Below are positions 13,330 to 25,820 of a stretch of DNA of 64,000 nt, piece after piece. The notes beneath the pieces were generated by a model. It ran no database searches, was not told the origin of the DNA, and worked only from the letters and a program-made list of their open reading frames with translations. Source of the stretch: Podarcis bocagei (taxonomy: Eukaryota); assembly GCA_964188305.1 (NCBI GenBank), contig OZ076885.1; one strand, 5' to 3'. Each line of letters begins with the position of its first letter. The stretch's first letter is position 1. Made by a program: the position numbers and the translations under genes.

Positions 13330-14230
13330 GTGCCTCCAGAAGACAGCCCAAAAGGTGCTCCTGGATCCAGCATTGTCAGTAGAGTGACCTAAGTGACCTT
13401 GTTGGGTAGGAGAGCTTTTCACAGGCTTCAGCTGGTTAGGCAACTGCAATCGTTCGTGGACTAGGCCAGCTTGACCTCAGTGGTTCAGGAATTGGAAACC
13501 TCAAGACTGGGCTACTGCAATGCATTCTATATGGGGCTTCCCTTTTGTCTGCTCCAGAAACTGCAGTTAGTGCAGAATGCTCCAGGATGATTGCTGACAG
13601 TTTGTCAGGTAGAGTCCATCAGCATAAAGGTAAAAAGGTGAAGGACCCCTGGACATTTAAGTCCAGTCAAAGGCAACTATGGGGTTGCGGTGCTCATCTC
13701 ACTTCAGGCCAAGGGAGCAGGTGTTTGTCCACAGACAGCTTTCCAAGTCATGTGGTCAGCATGACTAAACCGCTTCTAGCACAATGGGACACCATGACAG
13801 AAGCCAGAGCGCATGGAAACACCGTTTACCTTCCCCCCCACCTATTTATCTACTTGCACTGACATGCTTTCGAACTGCTAGGTTGGCAGCAGCAGGGACA
13901 GAGCGATGGGAGCTCACCCTGTTGCAGGGATTTGAACCGCCGACCTTCTGATCGTCAAGCCCAAGAAGCTCAGTGGTTTAGAGCACAGCAACACCCATGT
14001 CCATCAGCATATTACACTTGTGCTCAAATATCTTCACTTCCTGCCAGTTTGCCATTGGGCCGAGTTCAAGTTGCTGCTACTGGTATATAAAGCCCTTACA
14101 TGCTTGGGACCAGTTTACTTAAGGGATTGCCGTATGGCAACATCTGTACTTCAGAATTTCCAGTCTCCAAACATGAGGCAGCTGCCATAATTGTATTCCT
14201 TTAGATGTCTGCTGAAAACATTTCTGCTTT
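13330..14230 (+). mobile_element. Degenerate L2-like LINE fragment, interrupted by a Sauria SINE
   Basis: Motifs YCNAFYMGLP and KLQLVQNA lie left of the SINE. HITLVLKYLH and FKLLLLVYKAL continue right of it. Confidence 0.75.
13625..14002 (-). mobile_element. Sauria SINE (full length, diverged)
   Basis: Reverse complement resembles the copies at 58388 and 59755: tRNA-like head with GGTTCAAATCCC box, AAGTAGATAAATAGG core, and an (ACCTTT)n-type tail. Flanking direct repeat GTCCATCAGCAT at 13614-13625 and 13999-14010. Confidence 0.9.
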
Positions 14231-14275
14231 AGTTACATGTGTTAGTTTTTGTTAGAAGTTTTTAAATTACTTTTA

Positions 14276-14517
14276 CAGTGGTACCTCGGGTTAAGTACTT
14301 AATTCGTTCCGAAGGTCCGTTCTTAACCTGAAACAGTTCTTAAGCTGAAGCACCACTTTAGCTAATGGGGCCTCCTGTTGCCACCGCACCGCTGCTGTGC
14401 GATTTCTGTTCTCATCCTGAAGCAAAGTTCTTAACCCAAGGTACTATTTCTGGGTTAGTGGAGTCTGTAACCTGAAGCGTATGTAACCTGAAGCGTATGT
14501 AGCCCGAGGTACCACTG
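14276..14517. mobile_element. Tc1/mariner-pogo-type MITE, family A copy 1
   Basis: Terminal inverted repeats (TIRs) CAGTGGTACCTCGGG / CCCGAGGTACCACTG, flanked by TA on both sides, with no ORF. Confidence 0.9.
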
Positions 14518-14607
14518 TAATTGTATTTTATTGAAGATATTTGCCACCCTGGGATCCTTTTGGAGGAAGGGCAGGATATAAATTTTTACAGAGAAATGAA
14601 TAAAATA

Positions 14608-14951
14608 CCATATTGGCCCAAATATAAGCCGCACCTTTAAAATTGGAGGGGGGGGGGAAATACCCAAATATAAGCTGCTCCATTCCTCGCTGCTCCTGGC
14701 TGCATATTGGGAGGTGGGGGGGTGCATGCTGCATTGCCAACAGCCTTTCCCCTTCATCGCTATCTCCCTTCCCAGTCTTGGGGGAGAGGACAGGGACTAT
14801 GTGCAGGGCGGGCACCGCTTTGCCACGCTCCTGGTGCTGTCTGCCCCGCACTCCTGGCTGCATACTGTAAGGTTGTGAATATAAGCCCCACTTTAACTTT
14901 TCACAGTCGGAATTTGGGGGGAAAGTGAGGCTCATATTTAGGCCAATACGG
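14608..14951. mobile_element. Non-autonomous DNA transposon (Tc1/mariner-like MITE)
   Basis: Imperfect TIRs CCATATTGGCCCAAATATAAGCC / GGCTCATATTTAGGCCAATACGG, with TA on the left and TG on the right. Confidence 0.75.
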
Positions 14952-17900
14952 TGTCATCCTAAGCACATAAAAAGAGGACCAAAGTTAAGAGTCAGAAAGA
15001 TATTTCAGATTTTTAGGAGCCAACCTCAGTTATTCAGGACATATAAAGGAATTATGTATATATAATTTCAAATTAATAGGAGCTATCCACAATTTTTTTG
15101 TGCTCAGGAAAACTAGTGTGTGAGATTCAATCATAGTACTAATAGACTTAAGTTAAAAGTATTGCTGCTTTGAAGTTACATGAATAGATGGCACATGCCT
15201 ACTGAAGGTGAAATAGTAAGCCTTGTCATTCATGCTGCCAGTCAGTGGCTCAATGAAATTCACTCAATGGGGCAGTATAAACAAGTATCATCATTATCTT
15301 TTTATTTTACTCATGCCACACAGCCTGGACCATTGCCTCTGTGTGTACGTGCATTTATAAATATCACAATGGTTTCAATTCTGAGTATTTTTATCAATCC
15401 ATGAATTAAAGATAGCACAGGTACTTGCTGTATACTACCAGGATAGATTCTCTGCATACATTAAAACTCAGTTACTAGAAGCATAAATAAGTAATGGTTA
15501 TTGATCTCAAAACGGTAATAACCTAAAAAAAAAAAATGTATAGCAAACAAAGTAATTAAAAAAAGTACTTTTGGAAAAAAGAAAAACCCTTAACGTTCAA
15601 GGCAAGAGGCTAATGGCAATTCTGGGAAAAAAGAATGCACGTGGTTGTAACACATTGCTCTTTTAATCTTATAAAAAATTGAAGAATTAGAGCAATCAAT
15701 AGCACACAACAAAGCTGCCAAATAGTTCATTCATTGTTTGGACATCTGAAAATAATTACTAGGTAGCATTTTCAAAAGCACCTCATTTAGGTGACTTGTA
15801 GCATAAGAAGAATTGTATTTACCTGAAAGTAAGACGCACTGACTTTAACATAAATTAAAGAAAGTTGATGAGGACAGTGACTGCAGCTGCGATCCGCAGC
15901 AGTGATGGTTGGTGGGAAGAGAGAAATAAACCCCTTTAAGCATTGTGAGACTTACTTCTGGGTAAACATGCACTTAATTGGTTCCCCCCCTCCCCATCAT
16001 TCAAATCTCACCTTAGCCACATATTTGTTCAATGGTCTTAGGCAGCCTTCTTCAACCTGGTGCCCTCCATGATGACTCCCATCAGGCTCCAGGCAGCACA
16101 GCACAGAGGTGTCATCCCAAACATCTGGAAAGCACCTGGTGGGGGAAGGCTGGCCTTACGCAAGCCACTATTATCAGCTTCAGCAGTACAGTATGGGGAT
16201 AATAATGATCTAATGGGCAGGGCTGTCGTAAGGATTCTCAAGGCAATGTATATGAAGTGTTTCAAGCACAGTGAAGTGCTATAATGCATTATGAAGTCTT
16301 GTTGACACAGCAGCCTAATTCTGCTGCTGCGCCTGTTTGAGATCCAAATATGAATGCTAAGAGAGTTGTGGTAATAACTAGGATGGGGTACATAATCCTC
16401 TATGCTACTCAGTGCTATCAAACAGTTTCATGTGTATGTCAGCAAGATCCTAATCAAACTTACTTGAATCCAAGATGCATTTAAAACAACAGGATTTCAT
16501 TCCACATTCAGGACTGGGGTGGCAGGAGCTTAATCTGTGGTCCTCAGTTATGCTTTGTCATGCATGCAATGCTTAACTAACCTATGAATCCCCAGGTTGC
16601 AAGTTGAATTTTCAAAATAGATCTTAAACAACCAGATTCTCAAATGGCCAAAGCAACACAACCCCTGTTGAAATGGAAAGTGCTTATTCTGCGGGAAAGA
16701 GAATGGCAGACCCAAGTTCTGTTACAGTACTAACTAAACTTTCATGTAGATAAGGTGCATGGAAATGAATGGGATGAACACTTTCAAATAATGGATAGGA
16801 TTCGAAGTGCCATCTGTACACTGAGCGTTCCCGGACTCTCCCTTTCCACAGCAAGCCCTGGTGTGGATGTGCACACACTATAAGATGCTGCAGAAGGTCA
16901 AGGGACCATGGGGCGGGGGGAATCACTGTGTGCACACAAGACCACTTTAGACAGCCATATGGATCTCTTTAAATCCTGGTCACTGTGATAAGATTGGGAT
17001 CACAAATTATTGCAGATCTGATAAAGCAACGAATAGGAAATGAATATTCTCTGTTCTTGCAATGAGTGAATGAAATGCACAGGTGAGTATTGCAGAAATA
17101 TATAGAGATTGCTTGCTTTTATTAAGTTGTTTCCTCCCATCCACCGACTGAACGCACAATATAAAAGGAGTTTAATAATTTACGGAAAGCATGCACACAC
17201 ACACAGAGAGAGAGAGAGACTTCTGTCTAGCGAAGTAGACAAAAAGGACAAATAAGTTTATAGCCCTGGAATTCCAGTTATGGTAACCGGCGTGTTTTAA
17301 ATTCCAGTAAAGGTTACATTTCAACAAGTGTCTCCTTCCGTTCACTTACTGAGCCTTGCTGGCTTGTGTAGATGCATAATTCTGAGCTGCAGCCAACAGA
17401 GTAACTTCCCGTTACATTCCATTTATAACCTCTGGCAGTGTGTCATACCTAGGCGGTTATGCATCCCCACTGCTGCTGCCACACATCCTAATTCTCTCTA
17501 CAGCAGCAACAACAACGTCAAGTTGCCCAAGTCATAAATAGATCTCTACATACCCTGAAGAATGAGTGAAACTTTTTGTTTCCAGGAGATGACACTCAAG
17601 TTAGATTTTGAATCACAGTGATGGAAGGAACTTGAGGCAATGCTAGAGGGAATTACTCCTAATAACACGGCCAGTTTCTTGGGCTGGTGGGGAGATGGAC
17701 CATGCAGCCACCACTGCACACAGCCAAACCTATGTCACTCATTTCCCAAGCAATTAGCTGCAACAGACTTGCATTCCCTGGAGCAGGTTAAAATCTATGC
17801 ACCCCAGCATCCTGATCGAAACATCCTGATCCTTGAAACATGGAGGTTCCACTAAGCTATCATAGCTAATGTGTGTAAATAGATGTCTTATCCATAAATT

Positions 17901-18699
17901 TATCTACCCTGGAATTGACCATCCAGATATTGTTGGACTCAAAGTCTCTGGTGGGGCTCCAGCAGCCTGTCAGAGTCCAGGGTTGGTTGGTGCCCATTGG
18001 GACAAGCAGGGTTGTACGCAGGGAGACCACCATTGGCTGGTGGAGCCAGAGCCAACTAATACTTGTTTTGTTCCCATTCTCCTCCCTGCATTACATGGAG
18101 CAATGCTGAGACAAAGGTGGAGGAAGGTGACAGGCAGTGGAACCCCTGAAGGTGGACTGAGGATGGTGGGGCAGAACCATATTCGCCCTAAGGAACCGCC
18201 TACCATGTGTCCCAGGTAGCATGGTCAATGCAGCAGTCCATATCTAGAAATCCACAGTTCCCCATCTAAAAGTGCATCCCCATGTATGCTCATTCAGAAG
18301 TTAAGCCGATTGAGTTCACTACCATGTATAATACCATATAATGACTGCAGCCTAGACGTAATTCTCAAATCCGTGTGAAGAACAGCTCCCCCAGATTCAC
18401 TTTTGTCCCCATGTTCTCCCCGCCCCTCCCTTTAATCCATTAGGAAGTGCATTCTTTGCTTGCAAGCTCATTTCTGTACCCAAATATTTTGGCAGCTTCC
18501 TCCCGTTAATCATTAAAATAAACGTTGGTGGGTGGGCATTGTATTAAAAGGAGATTGATCTCCGGTAATTTTCAGAGAGAGAGAGAGAGAAAGTTCCAAG
18601 CAGGAACCCATTTCCCTGGCTTTCCTACATCTCTCACACATACAAGATTGGTCTCCGTCGCTTAGAGCGTTTCTCTGCCTCCTTGCCCAGTTGCCTGCC

Positions 18700-21600
18700 T
18701 TTGATGTCATCAGGAAGCGTTCCCCGCGCCCTGGCTGCTCTCATCTGGGCAGGAGTGCTCATGCAAAAAAGTTCCTCTAGCACATCATGTTACACAAGGA
18801 AATCCCCCTCTGGATGCGAGGCCCCTCCGAGCCAGCGATGTAAGACGCATCGAGCCTGACGCGGATGATCCCACCTAGCCCAGCTGCGTGGAGCAGAAGA
18901 CCTCCCACTCCCATTCAGAGGTTGGCGGCGGCGGCGGCGGCGCTTTGCTCTGGAATCCCGCCCTCTCCTCTGGGCCTTGAGCCGCTGCGCCTCTCTCTCT
19001 GACCAGCAGAGGGCCCCCTGTCCCATTAAAAACGCACAAAACCACCACCCGAACAAACTCGCTCCACACAACTAGACCACCACAAAAATCCAAGGAGTAT
19101 CGCAATTGCAGCGCTGCTTGGGTTGTTTTGCTGGTTTGGAGGGGGGGACACGCCCCCCGTCACAAAAACCCACCCTTCCTTCCTAAAACCCGCGGCTGCA
19201 GTCTTAAGAAGGCTGCCCTAAAAGGAGGGAACCCCTTCCTCGCCCACCAGTAATCGCGCGGCAGGCAGCCAGCCGCCCCCAAACCCGCTTCCTCCGCTCC
19301 GCTGCGCTGCAGCCTCGAGGGGCTCCCCACCTCTCCACGTACCGTCGGATGGGACCAGCCGAGGGAAGCCCTGCCTGTTTGCCTGGGCTCCAGCGAGTGG
19401 GCTCCAGCGGCGCGCCTGCCTCGCTCGCTCTCTCCTGCCGCCCTCGGACTCCCACCGCCTCCGTCGGGTGGGCTTTCTGCAGAGGAAAGTGCGCGGCAAG
19501 TTGCAGGCAGCGAGCAAGCGAGAACTAAGTGCGCGCGTTGGTGAGCCAGGTCGTGCCATAGCCTGGCCAGAGGCGGCCACCCCCGGAGGCAGCGAGGGCG
19601 CCAAGTCCCTGCCAGCCGCGAAGCGAGCAGGTGTCTGGTGCTCTGGGGGCGACACCCGAGAGGGGGAGATCGGACAACAAACCTCGCTCGTTTGGGCCAC
19701 GCTTACCTGGGGCTGCGCTCGCTCTCGGGCTTCACTTCCGAGGAAGCGGACGGGCCCGACGGGCGTATGGCGCCGCGATCCCCTCGCTCCCAATCCTCCC
19801 ACCCGCCCGGCGCTCCATCAGCTTCTTGAAGGGAATCACCCCTCGGCAGGGTCCTGCCGGAGCCCCGGGTCCGCAGCTCCCTAGCCCTCCCCTTCCGACG
19901 CCCTCTCGCGTCTCCCGCTTTGCTTGGCGCCCCTGCTGCTGCCCCTTTCCGGGGCGCCTCTCTCTCCACCCAGCTCGGCTCGAGTCAACTTTTCTCTCCC
20001 CCCCCCCGCCCCGTCCCTACCTTGCCGTCCACACAAAGCCTGCTGGGGTCTCCTCCGGAGAGTCACATCGTCTCCCAGCCGTCCAGTCCCTGCAGCCGCC
20101 TCCTGCAGCTCCAGAAACACAGGAGGAGGCGAGCAGCTCGAATGTCTCATCAAAGCTTTATGAAGGGTGGGAGGGCAGCGGCGTGGTGGGGAGCCTCTGA
20201 TCTCGTTCTCTCCCTTCCTCTCCCCCCCCCCAGCGGGGCGGAGGGGGGGGCTGGCGTAGGAGCCTCTCTCACACGAGCCCGCCTGCCCCCCCCCGCCCGT
20301 TGCTGGCTTCTGCTCACTCAGGAATTATTTAGATCTCCGTTTGGGCTTCGATTGGTCAAGCCGCTTCCAAGCAGGAACGCCGAGGACTGGGGTGCCCGCT
20401 TTAAAGGAACCGCGTTGCCTCTCCCACCCCATCCCAATGCCGGACGGCAAACGCTGTTTGCTCCCTAGAAGGGGAGGGCTCCCTTTCGCCTGCTACAAAC
20501 TTTTTTGTCCCTGCCTGGGTAGGGTTGGTCGACCAGATCTCTCTAGGGAAGGAAGAGGATCGGGTTGGACTAGGCACCCAAATCGCTTCCCCACCCCAAC
20601 CCCACGCCTTATCGCGAAGCAAAGTTGCAAATAACTGAAAGCCAGTAACAGCCACGCATATCGCAGAGACTTATGCCTTCCCAGGTTAGTTTGAGCCAGA
20701 CCCATCCGCAGGCTGGTCATGCTCAAGCCCCCCCCCCATCGCAATGCAATAGGACTACTCCGGAGTAAGTGGATTGGACAAAAAGGCGTTGGGTGAGGAG
20801 ATGGGTAGAATACCAATAACAAAATTTTATTATTTCCCCCCTTCCAGTGCCTGGCTTTTAATAGCAATTTAAAAATCCAGGGAACTGGGGCTTCCTCTGG
20901 AAATGTTACGAAATCCCTTAAAAAGCTGGAAAAGATTGGCTTACTTGTTCGTGCATTAAACAAACCAGATCCATTTAAATATAGCTCCCTCACTGACCTC
21001 TCCATAGTCTGCCTATTAAGAATGCAATCAAGATAATAACAAACATTCTTTATTAATGAAGGCTCCGGGTAACGTTACAACTAGTCACTTTCGAAGAGAA
21101 CACGCAGCGGGCAAACGTGCTCGATCCAGCCAGCCGGCGGATTCTCTCGCAGACAGAACCAGACAGGCAGAAGCAGCGCAACCCCAAACTCACCTTTCGC
21201 TTAAAAAACAACAACAAAGCCCCGCAAAACTTAATTTATTATTTTGGTTCAAAAGCGCGCCTCCTGGCAAAAGCCAGCCACCCCAAGTGGGCTCCTGCGG
21301 GGCTGCTTTGGGAAGCGAGAGGGAGAAAAGAGACCCCCCCCAACTACTTGCCCAAATTTTGCAACTCGTCCCCTCCCGCGCGCGCAGCTCTTTCCCGCTC
21401 ATGCCGCCAACGCAGATTAAATTATTGCGAGTGGAAATTGCGTGGCGGAGGTTAATAATTGCAACACACGCCCCGCCCCTTCACACACGACTGAGCAGCT
21501 TCCTTTGATCTCGGCCCGGACGGAGAGATTGCATTGTTTATCAGCGGCTCGCCTCGGGTCAGCCTAGCGCCGGATCGAAACCTCCCGAGCGCCGCTAGGG

Positions 21601-21930
21601 TGGGATGTGCGGACGGGAAGCCACGCGCGCCATGCGTGGAGGTCACGTGACGCCCCGCCCGCCTCTCCGAGGGAGACGCCGCTGGCAGCACTAACGAGGA
21701 ACCGCAATCCCGACGCAGGCGAAGGATGCCTCCCATTAGAGGGGGGGGCGGGGGAAGGAAAAATCGCTGCCAGCCTCCGGTTGCCGCCCCTGGCACGTGC
21801 TCGATGATGCTCCCTCGTCACTTGTTTCGCTTTCTCCTTAAAACTCTGGAAGAGGGTTTTCCCTACCTTGCGAAAAGGAGACATTGATTTGGAAGCGCTG
21901 AAGGCGCCCAGAGTGGCCGGGGCAACCCAG
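18700..21930. promoter_or_regulatory. CpG island 1, probable multi-promoter region (mainly minus-strand first exons)
   Basis: Very high GC and CpG density against a CpG-depleted background. Contains GC boxes (e.g. 21653-21660), E-box GTCACGTGAC (21642-21651), ETS-like CACTTCCG (19733-19740) and (GGC)6 at 18924-18941. Several minus-strand GT donors. Boundaries approximate. Confidence 0.85.
19000..19018 (+). promoter_or_regulatory. Candidate CTCF site at the edge of CpG island 1
   Basis: TGACCAGCAGAGGGCCCCC resembles the CTCF core CCASYAGRKGGC. Motif match only. Confidence 0.45.
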
Positions 21931-22318
21931 TCAGGTGGGCGGGAGACAATTTTTTTTAAAAAATATCATCATCATCAAGCTGAAACACTTAGTTTTTTGT
22001 AAAGTATCCATGCTTTTTCTTCCTTTCCTAAAAAGGTGCTGCAGTTGTGCCTTTAGCTTGTGCTGCCAAAGATTTTGGTTTCATAACGATCTTGAAATGT
22101 GGTCCTCATTGCAGTCCTCTACATGTCCTTAGGAATTTCAAGGGGTTCAGGATTGCAGATCAAGGCTCTTAAAGCATCTCCCAGGCCCATCGCACAGACA
22201 GCGATGCAAATGTCAGTCTTTGGCTATCTACACACTATACCTTTAAGGTGCAATTTCTATTCCTCCTCAAAGAATTATGGGTACTGTAGTTTGTTAAGGG
22301 GTGCTGGGAATTGTAGCA

Positions 22319-22527
22319 CAGTGATACCTTGGTTTTTGAACATAATCTGTTCCGGAAGACCGTTCGACTTCCGAAACGTTCGAAAACCGAGGTGCAAAGG
22401 GTGGCCTGCAAATTCAATAGAGAAAATTGGGGGGGGGACGACTCCGCGGAAGCTGTTTGACTTCCGAGGCGCATTTGTAAACCGAAACATTTGACTTCTG
22501 AGACGTTCAAAAACCGAAGTACCACTG
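22319..22527. mobile_element. Tc1/mariner-pogo-type MITE, related family B
   Basis: CAGTGATACCTTGGTTTTTGAAC...GTTCAAAAACCGAAGTACCACTG-TA. It interrupts an older repeat. Confidence 0.8.
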
Positions 22528-22734
22528 TACTGTGAAGGGTTAACTACAGCACCCAGTATGCAGCCTCAGCTGGAACTAGTAAACTAGCGGATAGGCCAAG
22601 CAAAGTCAACAGTGCAAGGGTGGCTCACAGTATTTTGTACAACATAAAATGGTGCCCAGCTGCCTTCAAGTCAAGTTGCGTAGGACCCAAGGCCAGCCAA
22701 GGAAATTGCAGAGCTTCAAGAGGAGGGAGGAGAC

Positions 22735-23240
22735 ACAGGATATTGGAAATGTTTCAGAAAAGAGCAGTCAAAATGGTGAAGGGGTTGGAGCAACTCCTCT
22801 ACATAGAAAGGGGGTAACCTCTGGGGTATCTTAATTTAGGGGGGGAAGACAAGCAAGGGGGGGACATGGTAGAGATGAACCCTCTCTCATAATACTAGTG
22901 CTTTGGACCAGCCAACAAAGCTGAGTGTTGGAAGATTCAGGACATACAAAAGAAAGTGCTTCCTCACACAGCCACATAGTAAATTTGCTCCCACATGATG
23001 TAGTGATAGTTACTAAGTTTGGTGGCTTTGAAAGGCAATTGGACAAATTCATGGAGGATAAGGCTACCCATGTCCACTAGCCATAATGGCCATGTTCTGT
23101 CTCTGCTACTGGAGGCAATATACCTCTGAATACCGGCAGCTGAGAATCACAAGCAGATCCTTACTGGCTTCCCATAGGCATCTGCTTGACCACTGTGAGA
23201 GCAGGGTTTTAGTCTTGGTTGATCCAGCAGGGCTCTACTA
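22735..23240 (+). mobile_element. CR1-like LINE 3' fragment
   Basis: LEMFQKRAVKMVKGLEQLLY is a typical CR1 ORF2 C-terminal motif. It is followed by a CR1-type 3' UTR (GGCATCTG...CACTGTGAGA). Confidence 0.75.
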
Positions 23241-25137
23241 TTTTGAGGCAGACAATCCCATATGCACCTCTCCCCCTTCCAGGGAGCAAGAATCCATCAA
23301 GATGGTGAAAAAAAATGAATGAAGGAGATACGGAGGAAGGAAATGGCTAATATACCTTAGATTTAATAAGAACAAAAGAGGTAATTCTACAAGCGGCTCT
23401 TTTTAGAGGGATCACACTTACAGTGTGATCAAGAATACATCTCCTGAATATCCTGCCTCTAGTTGCACCAGGGAAGTGTTTGATTTCGAGAAAGATCAGG
23501 TGCCACAGGTCATGTAAGCTTGCTGTTTTAAAGAAGCAGGGCTTCATTTGCCTTTAAGCAGGTATGTGACAGGTAGAAATGCTTCACCTCTCAAAGCTCT
23601 CTGTGGTATCTAGTGTTAAAGAACACGAGACCCTTGCCAAAAAGAAAAGAAAAAGAGATGTGAAAGTCCTAGGCTGTTGAAGTGTGCATGGTGGACTCCA
23701 TCCACAGTCCTAGATGTGTGCAGGTTTGTAGTGCACACACATCAGTGAGAAAATGGTACCTTCAAGCATGTGCAGAGTACAATTGTTTATATTTTATAAG
23801 TTTATGTGATGCAGGGCTAGAGCCTGGCTCAAACCAAACTTCCTTGTTTTTCACTACTCCCCATCCCTCCCCAGTCATCCTCCTAGCAGTGCCAATGGAG
23901 ATATGCAGTCATCAGTAACTAAAAGAGAGATGTTAATGTGAGGTCTCCAGGATCACAGTTGCCCACTGAGCAGAAATCTTCATGAAAGCACAGTGAGAAG
24001 GATGTCGGGAGGGGCTTAATGGCCAAGTAAGACCAAGTCAAACTTCTCAGGCCCGGGCCGCACTTTCAACCCAAACATGCATTTGGGGGACCCATTTCTT
24101 AATTTTTTACCATGTATTTTGCATGGTTGTAGTTGAAGACCAGAGGTCTAGTCTAACTGGATGCAGCTGTCCAAGGTCTTAGACAAGAATCTAACCCAAC
24201 TCTGTTACCTGAACTTTTCTCTCTCTCCCTGCTGAACTAGGAAACTATGTATAAGAGGCAGATCTGGGCTTGATGTTCCCCCAAAATGGGGAGAAGCCAT
24301 GGCTTAATTTTCCTAGAACCCTAGGGATGTAAGCTGATATCTGCAGCACCTAGTAGAGACTTGTGCAGGCCGGAATCTCCACACCTTGGAAATAAGTCTA
24401 AAATTGCCTAATGTTTAAACTCCTTCCCCACCTTATGTAACACCTTGCCTGATTTTGGGGAGAACTCCAAAACTTATTACTATGTTGTGACATGTTGGAG
24501 TGTCCCAATAAATATCCAACTGCAACTTTTGGAGTTGTTTCTTTTACTTTTTAAAAGGAGATGCAGAGAGCTGAATGGACTACTGTAATGCATACTGACC
24601 TCAGTGGTACATAACACTAACCCTGGTTAACATGGTTATAAACCATGGGATCTCACAGACAACCATGGCATCTTATGTCACATCATAGTTTCTCTCACTT
24701 CCACTTCCACCCCCTTCACCTCTCCACAGCGCCAGCTTGCAACCCTAAAGGCCTTTCCAGCATCTTTATACTGACTGTGCCTCACCATGTTATCAGTGTC
24801 GGCAACCTGCTTGCTATTAGCTGGATGGATGAATGTAGGGGGCATGGAAAATTCCTCAGCCAGACTTGGCATCTGCCATAGCAGCCCCCTCCCTTTCCCC
24901 ACGGAGTTAGAAACGAGCCTGGAAAGAGCTTTAACTCCCTTGCATGCAGCGTACTGGACTGGAAATTTGAAGTGTAACCACAGATGCTGAAGGAGGGCAA
25001 TTCTTCCCCAAGCCCTCTCCTCCTTTTCATACATTCTAAAGCTTTCCTCCACACCCCTCTTGAAACATTATTATCTCCCCTGCCCCTCACCTTTCCCCCT
25101 TGTATGGGTCTGGCCTACATTTCCTACAAACTATATG

Positions 25138-25363
25138 CAGTGGTACCTCGGGTTAAGAACTTAATTCGTTCTGAAGGTCCGTTCTTAACCTGAAACTGTT
25201 CTTTACCTGAAGCACCACTTTAGCTAATGGGGCCTCCCGCTGCTGCCGCGCTGCCAGAGCACGATTTCTGTTCTCATCCTGAAGCAAAGTTCTTAACCTG
25301 AGGTAATATTTCTGGGTTAGCGGAGTCTGTAACCTGAAGCATCTGTAACCCGAGGTACCACTG
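25138..25363. mobile_element. Tc1/mariner-pogo-type MITE, family A copy 2
   Basis: Same TIRs and internal sequence as 14276-14517. TA on the right, TG on the left. Confidence 0.9.
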
Positions 25364-25369
25364 TAACAT

Positions 25370-25820
25370 GTACTAAGTGGAGCTGCTGTTGAGTGCAAAT
25401 CAAAGTGCTGGCTATTACCTATGAAGCCTTAGATACCCGAATGACCGTCTCCTCTAATGTGAATCTGCCCAGCCTTTAAGATCAGTTGTTGCATCCCTGT
25501 TGCACATACCTGAGGCAAGATTAGTGACTATGAGTAAGAGATCATCCTTGGTGGTGGCACCTTAAACGTGCAACTTCTTGCCCTAAGAGTTTAGGTCAAC
25601 CCTCCCCCCCCAATCCATTTTTCTATTCGCAATTGGAAACATTCCATTTGAAACACTGCTCTTTGTGTTCTTGTGATGATGATTTTGCTGCTGATGGTTT
25701 TAGTGTGAACAGCTGCATTTCACTGGTTGGATCACTGTGTTTTTGTTTTTTAATGTTAGATTTTATGTTTGTAAGCCACTTTAAGCTATTCCACTGAGAG
25801 GGAAAGTGGGGCTATAGGTG
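25370..25820 (+). mobile_element. Degenerate L2-like LINE 3' fragment
   Basis: IKVLAITYEAL-like motif followed by a T-rich 3' UTR and a TGTAAGCCACTTT end. Boundaries approximate. Confidence 0.5.

Noticed and set aside
19204-21884. Many 100-194 aa ORFs in CpG island 1
   Set aside because: Same GC-rich artefact, with no recognisable protein family.
24370-24680. Possible old L1 ORF2 C-terminal remnant
   Set aside because: Similarity too degraded to support by eye.
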